This document shows positions 8,951-17,209 of a stretch of 64,000 nucleotides of DNA, one piece after another; position 1 is the stretch's first letter; every line of letters starts with the position of its first letter. The position numbers were made by a program, and so were the translations under genes. The notes beneath the pieces were generated by a model. It did no database searches, was not told where the DNA came from, and worked only from the letters and a program-made list of their open reading frames with translations. Where the stretch lies: IMG/VR virus record IMGVR_UViG_2645727700_000001, positions 1-64,000 of that record. One strand, given 5' to 3'. Origin of the DNA: a virus (Duplodnaviria > Heunggongvirae > Uroviricota > Caudoviricetes > Schitoviridae).

Positions 8951-9596
8951 TTTAGACGAACTTAAAGCACAGACTCAGTTCTTTCACCTATTTAAAGCCA
9001 TGTACGATTCAGGTGACGTGGCTCAAATGGGTTCACACGCGTTTAACGTGTATTGCTATATAAAGTCATGTGTTAATTACGAACGTCCAGATGCATTTCC
9101 GTCAATCGAGACGATCTGTAAAGCAACTGGCGTTTCTAGGGCTAATGTATTCAGATGTATTCCTGTCTTAGTAGAGATGGGCTACCTCACAAAGAATACA
9201 TCGGGTAGACATACAATCTACAGAGTGTGTGAGAGGATACCCATGTTAGATGAAAACGGCGATGTACAGGCTACAGCATCTTGGGAATACATCCCTAAAT
9301 ACGCTGTAAAAGCTGTATCAGAACTTAAAGAATTGATTCAATCATCAGGTGATGTTAATGCAGCTCGCTACATTCACATCGAACACTTACAAGTTATCGT
9401 ATCCAATATTGAATCTGGCGGCGTACAAAACATTGTAGCCGGGGACAATATTGATAATAGTACTACCAATGCTATTCATGTCACGCGTGAAAGCCAGACA
9501 CTTGAAGATCATTTAAATGACCTGGCACAGCAGGGCGATGGTTCTACTGCAGCTAAAATAAAGCGCGGTATTAAGAAGAAAACTTCAACTGGATAG
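8940..9596 (+). CDS. winged-helix/HTH DNA-binding protein (candidate Rep initiator or centromere-binding protein)
   Basis: HTH-like segment ICKATGVSRANVFRCIPVLVEMGYL; stop codon abuts the first of seven dyad repeats. Confidence 0.5.
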   Translation: MDSNLDELKAQTQFFHLFKAMYDSGDVAQMGSHAFNVYCYIKSCVNYERPDAFPSIETICKATGVSRANVFRCIPVLVEMGYLTKNTSGRHTIYRVCERIPMLDENGDVQATASWEYIPKYAVKAVSELKELIQSSGDVNAARYIHIEHLQVIVSNIESGGVQNIVAGDNIDNSTTNAIHVTRESQTLEDHLNDLAQQGDGSTAAKIKRGIKKKTSTG

Positions 9597-9805
9597 GTCT
9601 CATGGTGAGACCTTTTCTTTTTCTATTAGTCTCACAGTGAGACTGATGCATTTTTGATTGGTCTCACTGTGATACCTATTGATTTATAAAAATAGGTCTC
9701 AGTATGATACCTATAAGTAGAGTCTAGTCTCAGTGTGAGACTGAGTACCCTTAAAAGGGTCTCTATGTGAGACTAATTAAGCCTTAATAGGTCTCACTGT
9801 GATAC
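9596..9805. repeat. array of seven about 17-bp dyad repeats RGTCTCA-N3-TGAKACY spaced about 30-33 bp apart (putative iterons or partition centromere)
   Basis: Copies near 9596, 9628, 9659, 9696, 9726, 9762, 9789; 6-7 bp stems with 3-nt spacers; the first copy is followed by TTTTCTTTTTC. Confidence 0.7.
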
Positions 9806-9918
9806 CCTAAAAAGAACTCTTTAGATTCTAAATTTAAAAAGATCTTTTTATGGTCTAGAACGGTTAAAATCTGTGGATAAAAATACCTACTTATCCACAA
9901 AATGCAGGAAATCTTAAA

Positions 9919-10104
9919 ATGGCTAAATTCCACGAACCAATTGCTTACTTGAACGAAGAAGAATTAGAACGAGCAATTCAATGGGGTACAATCCAACGTG
10001 AAGAAGCTCAGAAATCAGAAGATCAAATTTGGGATGAGTACGATGATCGTATTCTCCATACTTTGAATTCAAAACTTAAACAAATGCGAGGCTCTGTAGC
10101 TTGA
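9919..10104 (+). CDS. small hypothetical protein flanked by DnaA boxes
   Basis: 61-aa ORF with SD-like AGGAAAT upstream; may be non-coding origin DNA. Confidence 0.3.
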   Translation: MAKFHEPIAYLNEEELERAIQWGTIQREEAQKSEDQIWDEYDDRILHTLNSKLKQMRGSVA

Positions 10105-10150
10105 CTTAATCTTTGATTACAGTAGACTTGTTTTAAAGGTTAAATCCTTT

Positions 10151-10192
10151 AATTGGTCTGAAAAACCCTAGGAGCGAAGGCTTTTAGGGTTT
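10151..10192 (+). terminator. hairpin AAACCCTA...TAGGGTTT followed by TTTTCTTT
   Basis: stem-loop plus T-run after ORF 9919..10104. Confidence 0.5.
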
Positions 10193-10488
10193 TTCTTTAT
10201 GTATCGCAGTTAACATAATGTGCGTTATGCGAAATGTAATTACACAATTATCCACAATACTTTTTGAAAACAACAAGTTATGAATTCAAAAACTTTTTTA
10301 TGAAAACTATACTTATCCACAGTTGGAACATTTTGCCAATCAACGTGAATACCAAGCTTTAATTTGGCACTCACTATGCGTTGTAAACAGATTTTTATAG
10401 TACGAAGCTGAATGGCCACTGGTACACTTACGAGCACGTTCAGCAGCCGAAGGACTTAATACAATTGGTTTACCGCAGAGTTTACAGC

Positions 10489-10665
10489 TCATTGCCTTAC
10501 CCCACATTTGATACAGTCAAACTCACGGATGTCGTAAGATTCTGACCAGTTAATACGGCGATTGAAGATATGGACTATCCTTCCAAAATCACCACAGGCT
10601 TTACATGGTTTCTGTGTCATCACTTCAACCGATCTGACGAAGCGTTTTCTTGCTTTGGTGAACAT
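10489..10665 (-). CDS. small zinc-ribbon protein (CxxC...CxxC), missed by the 60-aa ORF cutoff
   Basis: Manual translation from the ATG at 10665: MFTKARKRFVRSVEVMTQKPCKACGDFGRIVHIFNRRINWSESYDIREFDCIKCGVRQ; strong SD AAGGAG 8 nt upstream; stop overlaps another small Cys-rich ORF (about 10340-10492). Confidence 0.4.
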   Translation of the reverse strand: MFTKARKRFVRSVEVMTQKPCKACGDFGRIVHIFNRRINWSESYDIREFDCIKCGVRQ

Positions 10666-10677
10666 GGAAGGTCTCCT

Positions 10678-11055
10678 TTAAACCGTTTGATCGGGCAACG
10701 CCCGATTCTTAATTACATTATGCTTCACTAGAACGCCGTACAGCTCCTCTTGGAGAGCTTCTGGCGTGTTCCATACATTCATACCCCTTAAAGCATTAAA
10801 CGTTACTGAGGCCCGTTTAGCGCGATCTTTGGCTAAGTTGTAGAGGGTTGCTGTGGCATAGGCATAATGCGCATCTGGGTGTCCGTACTTACGTGGTTTC
10901 ATTCGAGCTGTTTCAATACTGATTGGACGTTCTAAACCATGTAAGTAAATCCACTTATGTCCTGCAGACTTGACGACATAATAAGTACCTTCGATACATA
11001 CAGAATCGCCACGCTTGAGCTTCTTAAGCTCCTCGCTGTGCATGTGGTAAGTCAT
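10678..11055 (-). CDS. hypothetical protein
   Basis: 125-aa ORF. Confidence 0.45.
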   Translation of the reverse strand: MTYHMHSEELKKLKRGDSVCIEGTYYVVKSAGHKWIYLHGLERPISIETARMKPRKYGHPDAHYAYATATLYNLAKDRAKRASVTFNALRGMNVWNTPEALQEELYGVLVKHNVIKNRALPDQTV

Positions 11056-11336
11056 TAACCTGGTATCTCCTCTGCACGGATCTCCCAGATAAAGTCACGG
11101 ATACCACGATCAAAGGCACGGCCTTCCTGCGTATCACCATCAAAACCTACAGAACGACGTTCCAGAAAATCTAAGGTGCATGTGGTTGGATTTCCTACAT
11201 AAACGGTCTTAGCAAACTCATAACCACGCTTACGAGCCTTCTCAAGTTTGGATTCAGGCACAGGCTGAGCCATGAGCCAGCCAAGGAATATCAATGCCCC
11301 TAGAATTACCAGAGGCGTAAAGTGAGCTATGTTCAT
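11055..11336 (-). CDS. hypothetical secreted or membrane-anchored protein
   Basis: 93-aa ORF, N-terminal hydrophobic helix; stop-start overlaps both neighbours. Confidence 0.4.
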   Translation of the reverse strand: MNIAHFTPLVILGALIFLGWLMAQPVPESKLEKARKRGYEFAKTVYVGNPTTCTLDFLERRSVGFDGDTQEGRAFDRGIRDFIWEIRAEEIPG

Positions 11337-11605
11337 CAGTCGACAACCACTGTAGGACGTTTACGTGGACTGCATTTTTGGTAATGTTTAACCAGTTCTA
11401 TAAGCATCTGAAATCTAAACATGATGTTGTGATTAAGAATGAACTCATTACGAATCCAAAAAGCAGTTTCATTGATGCTACGGCCATCTTGAGGGTTAAC
11501 AAGGTGTACCATTTCCTTGATTTTTATCTTATGGTGCCGGTTAGCAATGCTCAGGAATTGCTTTACAGAAGTTGCATCATCTAAACGTTCACGGTACTTC
11601 ATCAA
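11336..11605 (-). CDS. hypothetical protein (paralog of 11732..11995)
   Basis: N-terminal MKYRERL shared with the next upstream ORF. Confidence 0.4.
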   Translation of the reverse strand: MMKYRERLDDATSVKQFLSIANRHHKIKIKEMVHLVNPQDGRSINETAFWIRNEFILNHNIMFRFQMLIELVKHYQKCSPRKRPTVVVD

Positions 11606-11731
11606 TCGTTCTCCATGTTTATGAATGCACCTTCGATAACGCTATCAATGTCGCTAATTAAGTTCTCTTTAAAGATCTCCTGTTCGCCTGGCGATAGCTC
11701 AAACCATTGGTCGTTGTGATACTTACTTAGG

Positions 11732-11995
11732 TCAATTGTCAGGATGTTCCCGACTTGAGTGATAATGCTCATATAGTTCCTTAATTAGTTGTTCCCGAAG
11801 GAATATTCCTTCACATTCAATGAACATCTCGCGGATGTAACGATAAGTTCTCACACCCCAAGCATGGTCTTTACCTAGTTGGGACATGAGCTGTTTTGCG
11901 AGTGCTTTATGTTTGGTATTGGCTGTCCGAAAGAACACAGCTTTTGAATCGATTTGCCCTAGCTTTTCTCGGTACTTCATAGCACCTGTGACCAA
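11732..11995 (-). CDS. hypothetical protein (paralog of 11336..11605)
   Basis: 87-aa ORF; MKYREKL N-terminus. Confidence 0.4.
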   Translation of the reverse strand: MVTGAMKYREKLGQIDSKAVFFRTANTKHKALAKQLMSQLGKDHAWGVRTYRYIREMFIECEGIFLREQLIKELYEHYHSSREHPDN

Positions 11996-12396
11996 TCCAG
12001 TTTCTCGCCAGATGCGACACGTCTGCGGTCAGGGGGTAGATACATGTGCTTCAAAGCATTTTCTGAGTGGTACATGTAATTACCGATGTCAGTAAGAATT
12101 TTGAATAGCGGGGGCAAGTCCTTGTCTGCGTAAGGCAGTACCTCTACGATGGTTGCGTTTGTCCATTCTCGGGGATGTGCGGTATGTAGTACGGTCCCAC
12201 GTTCATAGGTATTACACTTGTACATCACTGCAGCGTCAAAGCATTGATCGAGATGAAGCCATACAGGTACACCATGTAACTTTGTTGGGTGACGTTTCTC
12301 CTCGTCAGATACCCAATCCACTACAGGCTCAGGGTCAATTGTTCCATCTGGATTAGTACTGCCAGTTGGTGTGCCTAAATCATTGGTTTGTTTCAT
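11977..12396 (-). CDS. hypothetical protein
   Basis: 139-aa ORF. Confidence 0.45.
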   Translation of the reverse strand: MKQTNDLGTPTGSTNPDGTIDPEPVVDWVSDEEKRHPTKLHGVPVWLHLDQCFDAAVMYKCNTYERGTVLHTAHPREWTNATIVEVLPYADKDLPPLFKILTDIGNYMYHSENALKHMYLPPDRRRVASGEKLDWSQVL

Positions 12397-12743
12397 TACA
12401 CACCTCGGATAACGATGTTGCTTATGCTGCCTGTGTAGCTGTAATGAATATCCACTTGTAAGCCTGCGACCTCAGGGTGGATGTCTAACTGCTTCCGGAA
12501 CTCTTTCTCGCAACGTTCACGTGATTCACGTGTCATGTTGTCAATCAGTACTTTCCGTACATCGTCGTTGTAGGCTGAAAGGAAGTTTAAGAAGCCCCCT
12601 TGGTAGTCATTACCACTGGCCACAAAGTCTGCGATTGCCTGACCTACGAGGTCTGTAGGCGTAAGAAACTTACTTCGATCTGCCAGGTTGCAAGTCACGT
12701 AATCGTGCTCAGGGCTTTGATGTGTGCGTACGATTGCTCCCAT
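12396..12743 (-). CDS. hypothetical protein
   Basis: 115-aa ORF; TAATG coupling with the upstream small ORF. Confidence 0.45.
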   Translation of the reverse strand: MGAIVRTHQSPEHDYVTCNLADRSKFLTPTDLVGQAIADFVASGNDYQGGFLNFLSAYNDDVRKVLIDNMTRESRERCEKEFRKQLDIHPEVAGLQVDIHYSYTGSISNIVIRGV

Positions 12744-12903
12744 TAACCAAGCTCCGTTACAGTAATTGCAGCAATGATCGAGTTCCCATTGTTTACTGCG
12801 ATGCTGCAGCCTAGAACGACATGCGTGTCATTAATAGATTCGGTGTATTCGTTAATACGTGCCTGTAGTACTACAGGGTCAGGTGCTCGGATGATTTTGA
12901 TCA

Positions 12904-13239
12904 TTAGATGATTCCTTCTAATTGCTTAAGTGCGATTTGATGTACTTGATCGAGACGGGTATAGCCGTAATGCCATTTTCCACTGTGATAAATATCAAAG
13001 GTGTACGTCTGGTCGTCATCGTTGTAGTTGATGTCTACGATCACATTTGGGTGATATTCAATGCGTTCGCCGTTGAATTTGGTGAGAACTTCTCCGGAGC
13101 CGAGACCGCAAAGTTCTCGGAAAGATTGGGCGAAGGGTCTTTCGTTTGTTTCCATGGGGAAATTCACGTCCTGTTTTATATCGGTAATTGCGTATGACTC
13201 GGTACACGGTGGCAATGCCAACATCGTGTTTCCGTGCAA
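12904..13239 (-). CDS. hypothetical protein; possibly the C-terminal part of a frameshifted gene with 13058..13330
   Basis: 111-aa ORF overlapping an HTH-like ORF in another frame. Confidence 0.4.
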   Translation of the reverse strand: MHGNTMLALPPCTESYAITDIKQDVNFPMETNERPFAQSFRELCGLGSGEVLTKFNGERIEYHPNVIVDINYNDDDQTYTFDIYHSGKWHYGYTRLDQVHQIALKQLEGII

Positions 13240-13330
13240 TCACTGCTTTATGTGTGGTTATGTCAGATAGGAATGTATTTAGAATTGCTTCGGCAATTTC
13301 CGGAGCTAATGGTTTAAAAGCTGGTTGCAT
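13058..13330 (-). CDS. HTH-like N-terminal segment; C-terminal half looks out-of-frame
   Basis: Residues 30-50 (IARKHDVGIATVYRVIRNY) look like an HTH; after about residue 55 the sequence becomes low-complexity basic junk while the overlapping frame becomes protein-like. Confidence 0.3.
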   Translation of the reverse strand: MQPAFKPLAPEIAEAILNTFLSDITTHKAVIARKHDVGIATVYRVIRNYRYKTGREFPHGNKRKTLRPIFPRTLRSRLRRSSHQIQRRTH

Positions 13331-13332
13331 AA

Positions 13333-13356
13333 AAAATGGGGCTAAATAGCCCCACT
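13333..13356 (-). terminator. hairpin GGGGCT-AAAT-AGCCCC with TTTTTT tail on the minus strand
   Basis: downstream of minus gene 13369..13704. Confidence 0.55.
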
Positions 13357-13368
13357 CCCTTGTGTTAA

Positions 13369-13704
13369 TTAATACCTCCCATTCAATGAATCGAACCTAG
13401 CCCGTAAGGCATCTTCAAGGTAATGGAACATGCGGCTACCAATGTGGGCTGCAGTCACTACGAAGATTGGTTCAGTGATCCATGCATAGAGAGAACCTTT
13501 GATTACCGGGTACAAGTCATAAGCCAAGTACCCAACAAGCAAGGCAGAAGCGTACTCAGTAACTATCCATAGTTTTGAGACTCGCTCTTGCTTTAGGATC
13601 TGCCTTCCAATGGAAATCAGACCTGAAACGGAACTGATAATTAAGGCCCCCAAGAGGGCCACATAGTCAGTCTGGTGTTGTAGCGGCATCCTTGCTGCTC
13701 CCAT
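13369..13704 (-). CDS. membrane protein with three predicted TM helices
   Basis: 111-aa ORF with three hydrophobic segments. Confidence 0.45.
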   Translation of the reverse strand: MGAARMPLQHQTDYVALLGALIISSVSGLISIGRQILKQERVSKLWIVTEYASALLVGYLAYDLYPVIKGSLYAWITEPIFVVTAAHIGSRMFHYLEDALRARFDSLNGRY

Positions 13705-13755
13705 TTGACAATAGTGAGCAGCATTCTAATTGCATTAAAGAATCGATACTAAATT

Positions 13756-13980
13756 TCATCCACGGTAGTTGCGCTGGGCATACTGGCGTAGGACGTTGTG
13801 TTTAATAATCTGGTTTAGTTTGGTGGCGTATTTGATAGCGTCTTGCTTATCATAAATTACACCCCCACCTAGTTTGGCCCATCCCTTACGGCCTTTGATT
13901 TCAACAACATGCAGTTCGGCATTACCTACAATGATGTTGTCGGTTGTGTACTTGTATTTACTCGGATCTCGGAAGTACAT
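13756..13980 (-). CDS. hypothetical protein
   Basis: 74-aa ORF; palindrome element about 50 bp upstream. Confidence 0.4.
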   Translation of the reverse strand: MYFRDPSKYKYTTDNIIVGNAELHVVEIKGRKGWAKLGGGVIYDKQDAIKYATKLNQIIKHNVLRQYAQRNYRG

Positions 13981-14013
13981 AATTAATTTCCCTATTAATT
14001 AAGAACGAGACCA

Positions 14014-14044
14014 TCATAGTTTTACTTATTTACTTACTCAAGTA
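14014..14044. promoter_or_regulatory. palindrome-family element (TTACTTATTTACTTACTCAAGTAAGTAAGTAA) upstream of minus gene 13756..13980
   Basis: extended imperfect palindrome. Confidence 0.45.
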
Positions 14045-14077
14045 AGTAAGTAAATAAAGTTTTTAAATGTTCAAAGA

Positions 14078-14392
14078 TTAAGCATAGTTAATCTGTTGGA
14101 GAGCCTCGATTTGCTCTTTGAAGATCATTACGCCGTGATCGTCCATTAAGTAGATCTTAATGAAGCGAGGTAATGTACGAATCATACGGCTCTTGGGTTT
14201 GATCTGCAGATAGATTGAGCCATCTTCTTCGATATTGATAGGTTGATCATAAATAAAAAATGTTGAGTTGAGGTAGTTGAATACCAACTCATTGCCTGAG
14301 TTCGATACGTGCAAGCGTACGTTATGTGTCTGTTTAATTAAGTGAATTAAACCATTCCAATTAGGTAGGTTCATTAAATGTGAGAGTTGCAT
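14078..14392 (-). CDS. hypothetical protein
   Basis: 104-aa ORF. Confidence 0.4.
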   Translation of the reverse strand: MQLSHLMNLPNWNGLIHLIKQTHNVRLHVSNSGNELVFNYLNSTFFIYDQPINIEEDGSIYLQIKPKSRMIRTLPRFIKIYLMDDHGVMIFKEQIEALQQINYA

Positions 14393-14423
14393 AGGTATCC
14401 TATTATTGGTTTTTGATAAGAAA

Positions 14424-14456
14424 AAAGCCCCTAGTTTCCTAGAGGCCCTTCCCTTT
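14424..14456 (-). terminator. hairpin GCCCCTAG-TTTC-CTAGAGGC with TTTTTTC tail (minus strand) downstream of the DNAP gene
   Basis: 8-bp stem with one mismatch. Confidence 0.5.
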
Positions 14457-14543
14457 ATTCCGAGTGATATTGCTACGTTAGGGATGTTGCGTCACGACAA
14501 CCTAACGAAGCCGATATTAAGCTAAATTAAACAGTTATGCAAT

Positions 14544-14567
14544 ACTTACTTGCTTAAGTAAGTATTT
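14544..14567. promoter_or_regulatory. palindrome-family element with 10-bp arms ATACTTACTT/AAGTAAGTAT and 4-nt spacer; overlaps the DNAP stop codon
   Basis: perfect 10-bp inverted repeat. Confidence 0.45.
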
Positions 14568-17202
14568 AACTGTAATAAGCTCTGTGCCCTTCAATGCATG
14601 TCTTCTTAATGGTTTGAGCGTCAGCATTGTTTGGCAATGTGATCTCATTGGCCCATGAAGGATGGAAGATGTCGAGAGCAGCTCCAAGTTTTACCTTGTC
14701 ATGCTGGATCTCTGGCAATTCTTGCCATGACATACACTCGATAAGGTTCTTGTTTGCCCAAGTTACAATCTCTAAATCATCACGGATGATGAGATAGATT
14801 GCATCATGGATAAGTGCTACAGGGAAAATGTCCTGACGATATGGAGAGTTCCATACGCGGTTCATAAACTCTACAGCAGCTCGGTTGTTCAGCATTCCGT
14901 ATGACTGACCTAATGCATTACCTGCAGTACGTCCCTCTGCCTCAGCCTCTTTCAAAGTCTTAGAGTTACCCAAGATTGATTGCTTAAGCAGTGGTGTACG
15001 TACACGTAATCCGAAGGCTACCTCAACATAACCAGTCTTACAGGCTTTCTTAAGCTTTTCAGCTACCCAAGCATCTGAAACTTTGTACATGTCGTGGTAT
15101 GACTTCTCAATCTGTTTAGCCACTCCCGGAGCGAAACCACAGTTCTTAACAAGAGTTGTCCACGTTCCCTGGTACGTCAATGCGAAGGTTGGTGCCTTAG
15201 ATTTTTGACGCAATTCAGGGTACTTCTTCTTAATCGAGTTAACGATAAATACTCGCTCTTTTGTGTCAGTCGTACTTGCGTACGCTTCCACAATGTCAGG
15301 CATCTGTTCAGGGAAGTAATAGAATGCACGTAGACAGTGACCGTCATATCCCTCAAGGTAAACCTTAAGTTTGTTCGGGTCTTTTGTGGTTAATGCAGAG
15401 ATGTAGTCTTCAAGCGAGTTGAAGTCGGCACCCCCGAATAGGAAGCCCTTAGGTGGTCTGAAACATGTCTTAACTGGTTTACCAAACTTAGAACCAGAAG
15501 GTAAATTCTGAAGGTTTGGACCAGATGAAGACAATCGACCGGAGACTGTTCCGCCTAAGTTGAAGTTCCCATGTAGCCAAGCAGTTCCATCAGCTTTAAG
15601 TACTGCCCCTTCAAAGGCCGGTACGAACGAACTGATGATCTTGTCTACCTTAGCCAAGTCATGCAAAGCATTGAGGAGTTCAATTTTAGTTGGATCATCT
15701 GTATGGTTTAGCAGCTTCTCTAATACGTCTGCACCCGTAGCAGGTTCTTTGGTTTTGGTACGGTCTAGTACAGGTAATGTCATTACATTGTAAAGCAGTA
15801 TGCCCAACTGTTTTGGACTGCCCGGGTTGAACTTCATGTCACAGAAATCCTCAACGGTCTTCTGTTTAATGTGCTCACCGTTGTACTTAACCACAGCATC
15901 CAATTGCATACGTTTAAGAGTCAAATCTACCCATTGAGACTTCTCAATTACAGCAAGGCATTCCTCCTGTTCTGCAACAAGGGTTCGCTTAAGATTCTGT
16001 ACCTCATCAGCGTCCATAGGCATCCCAATAAGCTCCATCTGGATGATGACCTTAAGGGTTGGTAGGAACTGCTCTTTATACAGCTTCTCTTGCTGATCTC
16101 GAACCATGATTGGGTAATACTTTTCGTATACATACCAAGTGGATAAGCAGTCGACTAGGTTGTAACGAAGCAGGTCGTCATAAGGAATTTTACGAATGTC
16201 AGCAATATCAGACTGTGCCCAATTCCCTGCAAATTCATGTGCATTATCCTTTAAAGATAGGAAATTGCCTGCTGCAGAGTTGGTGGCCAGATAAATGATG
16301 AGCTTCGTATCGTCCATGTTGCGCGTGAGGACATCTAAACCATGAAGTAGACCTTCACGATCTAGCGGATCTCGCATCCATAAACTGTAAATGAGTACCT
16401 TGATGTCATAGGCTGCATTATGGAAAACCAACTTACCTTTGTACGATTCAAGGAAGCGTCTCAGTAGCTTTTTAACTTCTGGATTGAGCTTTCTTGAGCA
16501 GTGGTCTGGGTTCATTGGATTTGCGTTCTTGGTGATTTCCACGGGGAATGCCATCCCTTCGTGTTTACTCCAAGCGAATGCACATGTACCTAATCCAGCT
16601 TCATAGAACTTCAAGCTAAAGGTCTCTGTATCACAGGTCAGGACAGGGTATTGGTGTAATCGATTCAAAGCCCATTCAATTTTTTGAAGATTGTCTGGGT
16701 AGTCCTCGTACTCAATAATCCCTTGTCCAAGTGCTGCGTATGTGCCATTTACAATGTCAGCCAGTGTTTGTACAGATAGATCTAACTTCTCGACTAGATT
16801 AGGGTTGTAGGTTAATGCAGACCAGTTAGTACCTAACGTCACTTGGAGGTATTCAAAGTCCTTAATCCCCACATTTAGGCGATAACCATAATGCGGTTCG
16901 GCCTTTGTCTGTTTAGCCAACACTTTGAAATAAGGCGCGTCAGCACAGTACAGGTACTTAATGCCCTGTTCAGCCAATACAGGTAACAGCTTCTCAAGGT
17001 ATTGCTTACACTGAGTTGCTGTGACTTTGTTGTTTGGGCCATATTCCAATGTGAAGGCAATGACACGTTCCCTAGAAATCCCTTGAACTTCTAACGGTTT
17101 AACGTAGTTGTTTAAGATTTCCTGCTCATTGAATGAGGATGGTTTGATTAGGATAGCTACATCGTAACTATCTTGCGGTTCTGCAAATAATAAATGGCGC
17201 AT
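14566..17202 (-). CDS. DNA polymerase, family A (PolI-like) with 3'-5' exonuclease domain
   Basis: Exo I motif LTCDTETFSL; Pol motif A GGADFNSLEDY; motif B RQKSKAPTFALTYQG (R-x3-K-x7-YG); motif C ALIHDAIYL; 878 aa, close to the roughly 876-aa N4 DNAP (gp39) as recalled. Confidence 0.9.
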   Translation of the reverse strand: MRHLLFAEPQDSYDVAILIKPSSFNEQEILNNYVKPLEVQGISRERVIAFTLEYGPNNKVTATQCKQYLEKLLPVLAEQGIKYLYCADAPYFKVLAKQTKAEPHYGYRLNVGIKDFEYLQVTLGTNWSALTYNPNLVEKLDLSVQTLADIVNGTYAALGQGIIEYEDYPDNLQKIEWALNRLHQYPVLTCDTETFSLKFYEAGLGTCAFAWSKHEGMAFPVEITKNANPMNPDHCSRKLNPEVKKLLRRFLESYKGKLVFHNAAYDIKVLIYSLWMRDPLDREGLLHGLDVLTRNMDDTKLIIYLATNSAAGNFLSLKDNAHEFAGNWAQSDIADIRKIPYDDLLRYNLVDCLSTWYVYEKYYPIMVRDQQEKLYKEQFLPTLKVIIQMELIGMPMDADEVQNLKRTLVAEQEECLAVIEKSQWVDLTLKRMQLDAVVKYNGEHIKQKTVEDFCDMKFNPGSPKQLGILLYNVMTLPVLDRTKTKEPATGADVLEKLLNHTDDPTKIELLNALHDLAKVDKIISSFVPAFEGAVLKADGTAWLHGNFNLGGTVSGRLSSSGPNLQNLPSGSKFGKPVKTCFRPPKGFLFGGADFNSLEDYISALTTKDPNKLKVYLEGYDGHCLRAFYYFPEQMPDIVEAYASTTDTKERVFIVNSIKKKYPELRQKSKAPTFALTYQGTWTTLVKNCGFAPGVAKQIEKSYHDMYKVSDAWVAEKLKKACKTGYVEVAFGLRVRTPLLKQSILGNSKTLKEAEAEGRTAGNALGQSYGMLNNRAAVEFMNRVWNSPYRQDIFPVALIHDAIYLIIRDDLEIVTWANKNLIECMSWQELPEIQHDKVKLGAALDIFHPSWANEITLPNNADAQTIKKTCIEGHRAYYS

Positions 17203-17209
17203 GGTATCC

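Larger units (their letters stand above)
9872..10321. promoter_or_regulatory. cluster of four perfect DnaA boxes (TTATCCACA) plus AT-rich stretch: putative DnaA-dependent replication origin
   Basis: TGTGGATAA at 9872-9880 (reverse), TTATCCACA at 9891-9899, 10248-10256, 10313-10321; AT-rich 10260-10310. Confidence 0.6.

Noticed and set aside
9596-9805. Interpreting the GGTCTCA hairpins as N4-type vRNAP early promoters
   Set aside because: Not fully rejected. It is disfavoured because the loop nucleotides are not conserved (TGG, CAG, CTG, GTA, GTG), seven copies are in tandem at iteron-like spacing, and they sit next to parA and DnaA boxes rather than at a genome end.
13369-13704. Calling the 3-TM protein a holin
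   Set aside because: Its topology is compatible, but it is located 10 kb from the endolysin and spanin cassette in the early/middle block, and there is no dual-start motif; left as a membrane protein.
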